This document shows, one piece after another, positions 1-7,244 of a stretch of 24,940 bases of DNA. Position 1 is the first letter of the stretch. Each line of letters opens with the position of its first letter. This DNA comes from a virus (Duplodnaviria; Caudoviricetes): the IMG/VR virus record IMGVR_UViG_3300044477_000288, positions 1-24,940 of that record. One strand, given 5' to 3'. The position numbers were made by a program, and so were the translations under genes. Under the pieces are notes generated by a model. The model was not told the DNA's origin, did no database searches, and saw nothing but the letters and a program-made list of their open reading frames with translations.

Positions 1-1155
1 ATGTCATTTACAGAAACTTCAAAAATTATTAGTTATTTACCCGCCGAGCTTCATAAGGGTAAAGAGATTTACATTGATTACTATGTAATTAAACCCGGCA
101 CAAACAAACTTTTCAGGAAGAAAATAAAAGTCAACCGGATTAAATCAAAAATTAGTAATGCCGAATTTACCCGTTATTGTCGCGTTCTAACAAAAGAGAT
201 AAACGACAAGCTGGCCTATGGCTGGAACCCATTCCTAGAGCAAGAAGCGGGCAAAGGTTACACCGATATAATTACGGCTTTGGAACTGTTTCAAAAAGAT
301 AAGTTCCGGGAAATGACAGATAATTCAATCCGTTCTTACAAATCGTTTTGTAATATGTTTTTGCGATACCTAGACGAACGATTTAAAGACGAAGTTGTTT
401 TCTGCATAAACATAAACCGACAATTGGCCGTTGAATATCTTAGTTGGTGTTGGAATGAAAAAGAAGTATCCGGCAAAACATACAACGGATACATTAAGGC
501 GTATCACTCAATTTGGAGCTGGTTTGTTGAGAATAGTTTTTCGAAAGTGAACGTATTTCAAGGCATTAAGCCCAAAAAAGAACAACGCAAAAAGCGGGTT
601 GAAATAAGTATAGATATAAGAAAACGTGTTGAAGCCTATTGCAAAAAGAACAACATGGAATCGTATTGGCTTATGTGCGAACTCTGCTTTTACTGCCTTA
701 TCCGCCCGGTAGAAATGACTAGGTTACAACCAAAAAATGTGAATCTGAAAAAACAAATAATTGTACTAGAGCAAGACGAAACAAAAAACCAAAACGAAAG
801 AATTGCATCAGTACCGTCCCACATTATACCATTGCTGAAACGACAGTTAGAATATGGATCGGGGAAATACCTTTTTTCCGACAACGGGTTTTGGACTCCC
901 GGAATGAAACAGATAGACGAACGAAAGATTTCGAAAAAATGGGCATGGCTACGGAAACCATTAGAAATACCAAAGAATGTACAATTCTACAGCCAACGAG
1001 ATTCAGGGATTATCTATTTAATGGACTGTGGAATAAACCCCGAGTATGTAAGATCACAAGCCGACCACTACAGTTTGACAATGACAACAACTTACAGCAA
1101 CCATTACCGACCGGAAGGAATTGAACAGATTAAAGACATAAAAAAAGCCGAGTAA
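1..1155 (+). CDS. int: Tyrosine recombinase/integrase (Bacteroidetes type)
   Basis: Catalytic R (LIRPVEM), K (ETKN), box II variant FYSQRDSG, and ADHYSLTMTTTY with H and nucleophile Y. N-terminal region ends in GWNPF and is followed by a SAM-like core-binding region. Confidence 0.93.
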   Translation: MSFTETSKIISYLPAELHKGKEIYIDYYVIKPGTNKLFRKKIKVNRIKSKISNAEFTRYCRVLTKEINDKLAYGWNPFLEQEAGKGYTDIITALELFQKDKFREMTDNSIRSYKSFCNMFLRYLDERFKDEVVFCININRQLAVEYLSWCWNEKEVSGKTYNGYIKAYHSIWSWFVENSFSKVNVFQGIKPKKEQRKKRVEISIDIRKRVEAYCKKNNMESYWLMCELCFYCLIRPVEMTRLQPKNVNLKKQIIVLEQDETKNQNERIASVPSHIIPLLKRQLEYGSGKYLFSDNGFWTPGMKQIDERKISKKWAWLRKPLEIPKNVQFYSQRDSGIIYLMDCGINPEYVRSQADHYSLTMTTTYSNHYRPEGIEQIKDIKKAE

Positions 1156-1178
1156 ATTAATTACCCGGCTTTTTTTTT
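1140..1178. terminator. Bidirectional rho-independent terminator between convergent int and the late operon
   Basis: AAAAAAAGCCGAGTAA-ATTAA-TTACCCGGCTTTTTTTTT: inverted repeat with an A-run on one side and a T-run on the other. Confidence 0.85.
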
Positions 1179-1401
1179 ATTTTAATTCCTGTTTTTGTTT
1201 TTCCAAAATATCAATTTCTAATTGTGTTTTTTTCTGTTCTAATCTTTTGTTTTTAATGCTAATGCACCAAAAAACAGAAGTTAAAACCGAAATAATTACA
1301 ACCAAAACGAAATTAACGTTTTGACCCAACATTGCCGAAATATTAACTATAACCGCCGGAGGGGTAAACAATGAGGCGAGGTAGGTAGAGTGCTGTTTCA
1401 T
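1177..1401 (-). CDS. Putative holin / small membrane protein
   Basis: 74 aa with 1-2 hydrophobic segments (FVLVVIISVLTSVFWCISI) and a highly charged C-terminus. Last gene of the late operon. Confidence 0.5.
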   Translation of the reverse strand: MKQHSTYLASLFTPPAVIVNISAMLGQNVNFVLVVIISVLTSVFWCISIKNKRLEQKKTQLEIDILEKQKQELK

Positions 1402-1402
1402 A

Positions 1403-2764
1403 TTAACCGAATAAACCTCCAGATGTTACAGAAACAATTTTTCCTTCAGAAACCGTGATATTAGAAATAGAATCTAAAGACCCAGAATAATAACCAGTTC
1501 TGACAAAATGATAATCCGAAGCTAAAACCGTCTGAAAATTAACAGTATCAAAAAATAAAGTATTAGACAACAAAGCAACGCCATCACTAAAAATAGCAAT
1601 ACCCGAAGAATAAACATCTGAGATAGAATCAAAATCGGAAAAAACACCAGAATCTAAACTAATAATTTTAATACTACCATCTGACATGGAAATTAAAAAC
1701 AGACCATTTAGGGGATTTGTTTCAGACGGAACAAACCGCACAGGACAAAGCCCACTTCCACTAAAATCGGAAGAAACCGAAGCACCTAACGAATAAACAG
1801 ATTCAGAAGACAACGAAGGATTAACGATACATAAATCTGAAAGCTCCGAATTAGAGACAAAAACAAAACTAGAATCAATAAGAATAGGCCAAGAAGAAAG
1901 TTGTTTTGACGAAGAATAGATATATGAATTATCCAAAATACTGAAAAACCTAGTACCGGTAGAACTTAAGACTACAAACAGACCATCTACAAAAGAACCA
2001 AGTAAAATAAAATCAGAATCAATCAAATTAGAAGGAGCTGCATATAAATCATCAAATACACCCTCAGAATCAATTTTTTTCACAAAAGGAAAATCAGTAC
2101 TATCGATTCTATTACGACCAGAAATTAACCACGTATTATCACTACTATCGAAAAACATAGAAAGGCAAGAACTACCAGAGCCAAGGGATACAGAAAAAGA
2201 AGTATTAAAAACTCCCGAATCAATTCTGTAAATATGATTTTCTACATCGGCAACATTTTCTGTAAAAAAAACAAAATCATCAGTAGCACATAACAACTTA
2301 GAAGAATTACCGTCTAAAGAAACCCGATACGAATGATCTAAATATCCGGAAGCACTATACCTAAAAACAGATAATCCCGATAATGATGAACACAACAAAT
2401 AATAATATGATTCAGAGTCAATGATTTGAATAATTTCATAGTTAGGATCAAGCTGGTTTAAAACCGTTTTAGAAAAAGCCTCGATACGAGCAACTGTTTT
2501 TAGGCCGACCGAAAAAATCGAAACCAAATGAGTAGAACCTTCAATAAATATACCCAACTTATAATCTGCATTAACAACGGGTTCTGAATCACCAGAGACC
2601 CATTCAATCAATTCGGAAGTTTCAGTAGCACCACTACCGGGCATAAATTCTTTAAAAGAACCGTCACCATTCCCAATTGCTAAAGATTCAGCATTTTTGA
2701 AAAAAGGCTCCCCGGCCTTCAAATCACTAGGGATACTTGCCCCTCTTTTTATTTGTAAACTCAT
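1403..2764 (-). CDS. Putative receptor-binding spike (Mtd/hyaluronidase-like N-terminal anchor plus beta-propeller)
   Basis: N-terminal LQIKRG...LKAGEPFF...LAIGNG anchor motif. Repeated blade-like motifs RYSASGYLDHSY, RIDSGVFNTSF, KIDSEGVFDDLY (delta-60-like). C-terminal ITVSEGKIVSVT. Confidence 0.6.
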   Translation of the reverse strand: MSLQIKRGASIPSDLKAGEPFFKNAESLAIGNGDGSFKEFMPGSGATETSELIEWVSGDSEPVVNADYKLGIFIEGSTHLVSIFSVGLKTVARIEAFSKTVLNQLDPNYEIIQIIDSESYYYLLCSSLSGLSVFRYSASGYLDHSYRVSLDGNSSKLLCATDDFVFFTENVADVENHIYRIDSGVFNTSFSVSLGSGSSCLSMFFDSSDNTWLISGRNRIDSTDFPFVKKIDSEGVFDDLYAAPSNLIDSDFILLGSFVDGLFVVLSSTGTRFFSILDNSYIYSSSKQLSSWPILIDSSFVFVSNSELSDLCIVNPSLSSESVYSLGASVSSDFSGSGLCPVRFVPSETNPLNGLFLISMSDGSIKIISLDSGVFSDFDSISDVYSSGIAIFSDGVALLSNTLFFDTVNFQTVLASDYHFVRTGYYSGSLDSISNITVSEGKIVSVTSGGLFG

Positions 2765-2771
2765 ATTTTTT

Positions 2772-2945
2772 TTAATTAAAATCGAATATTAAAGGAGAAT
2801 TTTGAACATCAACAGAAAGATTTTCATCCTGAAAATCAGCATCTAAAAGCCCACTAACTACAAGAATGAAAATAGAAATAAAATCAACACGTTCATCAAC
2901 CAATTGAAACCCATATTTCAGCAAAGGATTAAAAACCTGTGTCAT
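2772..2945 (-). CDS. Small hypothetical virion protein (57 aa; not in the ORF track)
   Basis: Translated by hand: MTQVFNPLLKYGFQLVDERVDFISIFILVVSGLLDADFQDENLSVDVQNSPLIFDFN. Fills the gap between neighbours with 3- and 7-nt spacing. Confidence 0.65.
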   Translation of the reverse strand: MTQVFNPLLKYGFQLVDERVDFISIFILVVSGLLDADFQDENLSVDVQNSPLIFDFN

Positions 2946-2948
2946 AGC

Positions 2949-3188
2949 TTAGATTTTTCGGAGTTGGTAAGTGTACGAGGCACGATCAGCCCAATTGTGA
3001 CTGAAATCGAATATCCCATTTTCAGGGCATAGGAAACGTTTTTCGGTTCCCGTAGTGCTGATTTTTACAATAGCGCACTTTGATTCGTCGCCATTGTTTG
3101 CAAAACCAAGGTATATTTCAGAATCAGAAACAATATCAACCAAATTAGGTTGAAGGCTGTTTTCTTCGAGTGTCGAAATGCCTAACAT
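2949..3188 (-). CDS. Small beta-rich putative virion protein
   Basis: 79 aa. The pattern IYLGFA...AIVKI...F..NWADRASYTY resembles a recurrent small phage structural domain. Operon position fits. Confidence 0.6.
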   Translation of the reverse strand: MLGISTLEENSLQPNLVDIVSDSEIYLGFANNGDESKCAIVKISTTGTEKRFLCPENGIFDFSHNWADRASYTYQLRKI

Positions 3189-3189
3189 A

Positions 3190-3276
3190 CTAGTTTTGTG
3201 TTAGTTTTTGATACAATAGTACACCGCCCAACAGTATAAGAAGAACAGCGATTGAAATATTTAAAGTTTTATTCAT
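3190..3276 (-). CDS. Single-TM micro-protein (28 aa; not in the ORF track)
   Basis: MNKTLNISIAVLLILLGGVLLYQKLTQN. Its stop lies 1 nt before the next ATG (TAGTATG). Confidence 0.7.
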   Translation of the reverse strand: MNKTLNISIAVLLILLGGVLLYQKLTQN

Positions 3277-3295
3277 AACAGTTTAATTTTTAGAG

Positions 3296-3862
3296 TTATA
3301 CAGTTAGTAATGGATGATATTTTTCGTCAATTGCGTAAAGTATTTTTGTTTGAACTTCGCGCTTGGTTATCTGTTCGTTTTTGTCCAGATCAAGCCCAGA
3401 GTTTTGTTTTGCAATCTTCTTAATAAGCTCATCAGAACCCAAAGAACCACAAACAAAATCGAGATATTCACCAACCTCACGAGGCCGAAATACACAGAAA
3501 TAAACATCAACAAAAGATTTCATTTTGCCCCTGTAGTTCGAAAGATACTTTTCAACGTAATCAAGTTGTTTTAAGTTGCTCATGTTGTAAATATCCTGAC
3601 CGTTAAGTCCCCAAGCCTTGCAAGTGTTTGGCATAAACTGAATGAGGCCAACGCCACGAGTTAAAGCAAGTTCAAAATCAGTTTTACCCAATTTAGAGTC
3701 GCCAGCTTGTTTGTTCACAGCCTTAGGATCGAACCGAGATTCGATATAAATAACCGCCATTAACCAATTAGGATTGATATTCAACCCCGCAGCTATTTGC
3801 TGAATACGAGCTAAAAAAGCAACCTTATTTTCTTTTACCAAGTCTTCGTAAATCAGAGTCAT
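3296..3862 (-). CDS. Lytic transglycosylase (lysozyme-like fold), copy 3
   Basis: WLMAVIYIES (catalytic E), GLIQFMP, QLDYVEKYL and EF-hand-like DLDKNEQITKRE. Has an insertion of ~17 aa after AVN. Confidence 0.88.
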   Translation of the reverse strand: MTLIYEDLVKENKVAFLARIQQIAAGLNINPNWLMAVIYIESRFDPKAVNKQAGDSKLGKTDFELALTRGVGLIQFMPNTCKAWGLNGQDIYNMSNLKQLDYVEKYLSNYRGKMKSFVDVYFCVFRPREVGEYLDFVCGSLGSDELIKKIAKQNSGLDLDKNEQITKREVQTKILYAIDEKYHPLLTV

Positions 3863-4479
3863 TTCTTGAAAATTTTAAAGAGTGAATACCCGCCAAAGCC
3901 AATGAGAGCAACGGCCAACAATACAAAAACAATCCGCTGAAAGTCCCATTTGATAACAACCGGAACTTTTTCTGATATCAGTTGCGCCCGGTACTTGGGA
4001 TCGATAGCCAAAAGAACTTTTGTTTCAACCTCACGAAAGGTTAATTGATTATCGTTATTCAGATCGTAACCGCCGTTTAAATCGGCAACATAACGGGCTG
4101 AAAGTCCCATAGTTTGCAGAATATAATCAGAATATTGCCCAATTGCAGCCGGAAAGAATACAGCGAAATAACAATCAACAAACGATTTGATTTTTAGCGC
4201 ATAAGGTTTTAAATACTTATACACATAATCAAGTTGCTCAATGTTCGACATAGCTTTAAGAGCCTCTACAGTAGTTCCCAACGATACAGCCGTTGAAGGT
4301 GTAAATTGAATTAATCCGGTTGCTCTAGTTTTTACGTTCACAGCCGTATGTATCATTGTACTTTCAATGTACATGGTAGCCATCAACCAATCGGGGTGAA
4401 TGCCTAACTTTTTACATATCGAAATTACTTTTGTTTCGAATTCTGCCCGGTTGCTCACCAGTTCGCCATACATCAACAT
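3859..4479 (-). CDS. Lytic transglycosylase with C-terminal TM anchor, copy 2
   Basis: WLMATMYIES, GLIQFTP and DLNNDNQLTFRE. C-terminal TM IVFVLLAVALIGFGGYSLF followed by KIFKK. Confidence 0.88.
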   Translation of the reverse strand: MLMYGELVSNRAEFETKVISICKKLGIHPDWLMATMYIESTMIHTAVNVKTRATGLIQFTPSTAVSLGTTVEALKAMSNIEQLDYVYKYLKPYALKIKSFVDCYFAVFFPAAIGQYSDYILQTMGLSARYVADLNGGYDLNNDNQLTFREVETKVLLAIDPKYRAQLISEKVPVVIKWDFQRIVFVLLAVALIGFGGYSLFKIFKK

Positions 4480-4982
4480 AAAGCAGTGCGGTATTTAGTT
4501 AATCGGTTAGTAATTGCGCGTTCAATTTCGCCTTTGGTTATGCGGAAATCACCGTTAAGATCGTAGCCAGCGTTTTGTTTTGCAATTAACTGAGCAGGTA
4601 AACGTTTCGTTTCAATAACAAAATCAGAATCCCGACCAATGGCACGCGGAAAGAACACCGCCAAATAGCAATCAACAAACGATTTCATTTTGCTTTGATA
4701 CGGTTTTAGGTATTCCCAAACATATTGAAGCTGATCGACATTCGACATAGCTAAAAAGTTATCTGTTGTGAGTCCAAAAGCTTTACACGTATTGGGCATA
4801 AACTGAATTAAGCCCACCGCGCCAGATTGAGGATTTAAAGCCCTATGGTTTAGCGACGATTCGAGGAACATAACAGCCATCAACCAATCGGGATTTATAC
4901 CCAACCGCGACGAAATAAAGCGAACCTTATCGGAAAACGGCAACTGGTTTGAATTAACTTTATCAATCAGTATCAAATTCAT
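4473..4982 (-). CDS. Lytic transglycosylase, soluble, copy 1
   Basis: WLMAVMFLES, GAVGLIQFMP, YLAVFFP and DLNGDFRITKGE. Confidence 0.88.
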   Translation of the reverse strand: MNLILIDKVNSNQLPFSDKVRFISSRLGINPDWLMAVMFLESSLNHRALNPQSGAVGLIQFMPNTCKAFGLTTDNFLAMSNVDQLQYVWEYLKPYQSKMKSFVDCYLAVFFPRAIGRDSDFVIETKRLPAQLIAKQNAGYDLNGDFRITKGEIERAITNRLTKYRTALC

Positions 4983-5009
4983 AATAGTGTTTTGGTTTAA
5001 AGGTCAGGA

Positions 5010-5216
5010 CTAAAGTCCTAACCTTTGTTTTTTAACTTTTTTCAGTGCATCGCTCAAATTCAGCTTATACACATCGAGCAGTTGAGTTTTTCCCCCTGCT
5101 TTAACATGCTGAGTTTTAACACCCGCTTTTTTTTGAAGCACTACAGCCGCTCTCATAAGGCTTTGACCTTTAGCTAGTACAGCTTTTTGTTTTGCCGAAA
5201 GTTGTTTCTTTGCCAT
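5010..5216 (-). CDS. Small basic protein (candidate DNA-binding/core protein)
   Basis: 68 aa, Lys-rich, only two acidic residues, no TM. Confidence 0.6.
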   Translation of the reverse strand: MAKKQLSAKQKAVLAKGQSLMRAAVVLQKKAGVKTQHVKAGGKTQLLDVYKLNLSDALKKVKKQRLGL

Positions 5217-5221
5217 GATCG

Positions 5222-5389
5222 TTACTTTTTAAGTTTTTTTGCAGCCTCTTTAATACAAGAAGTCCACTTTTTAGCGGGCAAAGCTTTTCTAATACGTTTT
5301 GCTTCAGTAGTAATTTTTACAAGCATCGAAGTACCTTTTGAAGTACGTTTTGTTGCTTTCTTTTTTGTTTTTTTGGTTTTAACAGCCAT
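5222..5389 (-). CDS. Very basic histone/protamine-like protein (55 aa; not in the ORF track)
   Basis: MAVKTKKTKKKATKRTSKGTSMLVKITTEAKRIRKALPAKKWTSCIKEAAKKLKK. Fills the operon gap; the + strand ORF 5187..5420 is its shadow. Confidence 0.8.
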   Translation of the reverse strand: MAVKTKKTKKKATKRTSKGTSMLVKITTEAKRIRKALPAKKWTSCIKEAAKKLKK

Positions 5390-5400
5390 TACAGTAAGTT

Positions 5401-5670
5401 TTATTTTTTACGAAAAATGAAATAAGCCAAAGCCCCAAGCAGGCCAACTATAATTAAACCAACTGCCAGTTTAGCACCGTTCGAAACGGTTACTATTTGA
5501 CAATTAGTAATAGGAATAAGAAACCCATCAGAATTGACAGCAATAACAGCCCCCGACTCCGAAGAAATTGGATAACCTTTTACTTGAGTTCCCTTTAAGA
5601 AGGTTTTTTCTTTTAATGTTGAAGTATTAAATACCTTAACATCAGCAATAATTGTATAAGTATTAATCAT
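5401..5670 (-). CDS. Membrane protein with SH3-like N-terminal beta domain and C-terminal TM
   Basis: 89 aa ending LAVGLIIVGLLGALAYFIF-RKK. Confidence 0.7.
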   Translation of the reverse strand: MINTYTIIADVKVFNTSTLKEKTFLKGTQVKGYPISSESGAVIAVNSDGFLIPITNCQIVTVSNGAKLAVGLIIVGLLGALAYFIFRKK

Positions 5671-5675
5671 ACGAA

Positions 5676-6005
5676 CTAACTTTTAACGATTTTGATTACA
5701 ACAAAAGCAGCAATGAGCAAAGCCACTCCAATAACTACATACATACCCATAGTAGAAGTAGAAGAACCAGTATAAGAACCTTCGGGATGAGCCATATCAT
5801 ATTCATAGGCTGCCTTTAAATCCAAATACATTAAATGAGCCTCATCAGCAATAGTTTTCATGCGCGAATATTCGCCCCAATCCCAGAACTCATACCAATT
5901 ATTGGTCGAAGCTTTCACTAAATTAAACTGGGCAGATTCCCAAGCTTTTAAAGCGGAATCAACATTCACCGCAGTAACATCACCAGTAGGAAGATATTCA
6001 GCCAT
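5676..6005 (-). CDS. Virion membrane protein, C-terminal TM
   Basis: 109 aa ending MYVVIGVALLIAAFVVI-KIVKS. TAATG coupling with the upstream gene. Confidence 0.75.
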   Translation of the reverse strand: MAEYLPTGDVTAVNVDSALKAWESAQFNLVKASTNNWYEFWDWGEYSRMKTIADEAHLMYLDLKAAYEYDMAHPEGSYTGSSTSTMGMYVVIGVALLIAAFVVIKIVKS

Positions 6006-6280
6006 TACTTTTTATTTTTGATTAAAGCCAGAGCGAAAACACCAGCTACAATGATTAGACAGATATACAGCAACATCTTTTTTTGAGCATCAATTCGCGC
6101 AATTTCCTCAGCAGTTTCAGCCTGAGAGAGACCAACAAAAGAATTAATCCAAGCCGTAGAATTATTAAATTTGGATTGTGTGGTTTTTTCAGTAGCACCA
6201 AGCCAAACAAACACAGAGCCAACAGCATCGAACAAACTACCCGCAGCACCCGCAATTGCAGTAACAATAGCAGTTTCCAT
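6005..6280 (-). CDS. Virion membrane protein, amphipathic N-terminus plus C-terminal TM
   Basis: 91 aa with an Ala/Gly-rich N-terminal helix, ending MLLYICLIIVAGVFALALI-KNKK. Confidence 0.75.
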   Translation of the reverse strand: METAIVTAIAGAAGSLFDAVGSVFVWLGATEKTTQSKFNNSTAWINSFVGLSQAETAEEIARIDAQKKMLLYICLIIVAGVFALALIKNKK

Positions 6281-6283
6281 ATA

Positions 6284-6655
6284 CTAAAAGATTGAAGTAA
6301 ATTCAGAGTGTCGATACAAATTTTTGAACGCATCAAGAGAAACCGTATCAGTGCCAGTTAGTGAACGAAGAGCAACAACAGTCTCTTCACCAAAATGACC
6401 GTCAGCACCATAATAAGGTAGTTGACAACCTCGAGCCAAAAGATAACGCTGGAGCATTTCTACGTAAATACCATCACTTCCAACTTTTAAAGGAAAAGCA
6501 GAAGCATCGACATCAGCAGCCGTTTTTGGATAAAGAGCGTTATTTATTTTGTTGCCTTTTTTCCTGAAAATGAGGAAAAGAGAAACAGCGACAACACAAA
6601 AAATAACAACTCCGGTTATCCAAAGCGCAGTTCTATTTTTTAGAACTAAAGCCAT
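6284..6655 (-). CDS. N-terminal TM plus peptidoglycan-binding domain (PG_binding_1-like)
   Basis: FPLKVGSDGIYVEMLQRYL...GADGHFGEETVVAL matches the LxxGxxGxxVxxLQxxL...DGxFGxxTxxAL signature. Confidence 0.85.
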   Translation of the reverse strand: MALVLKNRTALWITGVVIFCVVAVSLFLIFRKKGNKINNALYPKTAADVDASAFPLKVGSDGIYVEMLQRYLLARGCQLPYYGADGHFGEETVVALRSLTGTDTVSLDAFKNLYRHSEFTSIF

Positions 6656-6795
6656 TACGCAGCAGGATTAGTACCAGCGCCCCCAGCAGGAATCGGAGCA
6701 GGAGTTTCTTCCTTACTTTTGGCAACAGCGAACCAGATAAGACCGCCAACCACAAGAACACCAACACCAATTAAAATCCAAGTTTTTGTTTTCAT
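6655..6795 (-). CDS. Single-TM micro-protein (46 aa; not in the ORF track)
   Basis: MKTKTWILIGVGVLVVGGLIWFAVAKSKEETPAPIPAGGAGTNPAA. TAATG overlap with the downstream gene. Confidence 0.85.
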   Translation of the reverse strand: MKTKTWILIGVGVLVVGGLIWFAVAKSKEETPAPIPAGGAGTNPAA

Positions 6796-6797
6796 AA

Positions 6798-7244
6798 CTA
6801 AAAAGGTATATTATTGTTTATAAATATTTGTTGAACAGTTTCCAAAGCCTTTCCGCTCAGTTCAGATTTTAACCATCCGGCCAAAGTCATTTCAGTAGAT
6901 GTAAATTGTAACTGAAACCAAGAGTCAGCGAGAAAACCGCCACTAGGAACATAAGGCTTTGAACCAAATGTTTTGATTACCAACAACAAGTCGTTTTTAT
7001 TTAACGGCGTGAGGTTAGCAATTATAGTTTCTTCATCGGTGCCATATCTATTCATGGCCGAAAGCAGAGCATCAGAAATTAAAATAGCCTGATTATTCGT
7101 TATCGAAAGTTTTGAAGAGTCGACAACAAGGTTATCGGTATCATCTTTAGCCTTTTCGGTGAACTTTTTGTACACCACAATAGACAGAACGACCACCAAA
7201 AACAACCCGGCAACTATTAACCCTATTTTTAGCTTCTTATTCAT
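6798..7244 (-). CDS. N-terminal TM plus single annexin-like repeat
   Basis: AMNRYGTDEETIIANL...DLLLVIKTF...TLAGWLKSELSG parallels the annexin repeat AMKGxGTDExxLIxIL...LxxxLKSELSG. Confidence 0.7.
   Translation of the reverse strand: MNKKLKIGLIVAGLFLVVVLSIVVYKKFTEKAKDDTDNLVVDSSKLSITNNQAILISDALLSAMNRYGTDEETIIANLTPLNKNDLLLVIKTFGSKPYVPSGGFLADSWFQLQFTSTEMTLAGWLKSELSGKALETVQQIFINNNIPF

Noticed and set aside
1403-2764. Diversity-generating retroelement target (Mtd-like N-terminus)
   Set aside because: No reverse transcriptase and no template/variable repeat pair seen in the window.
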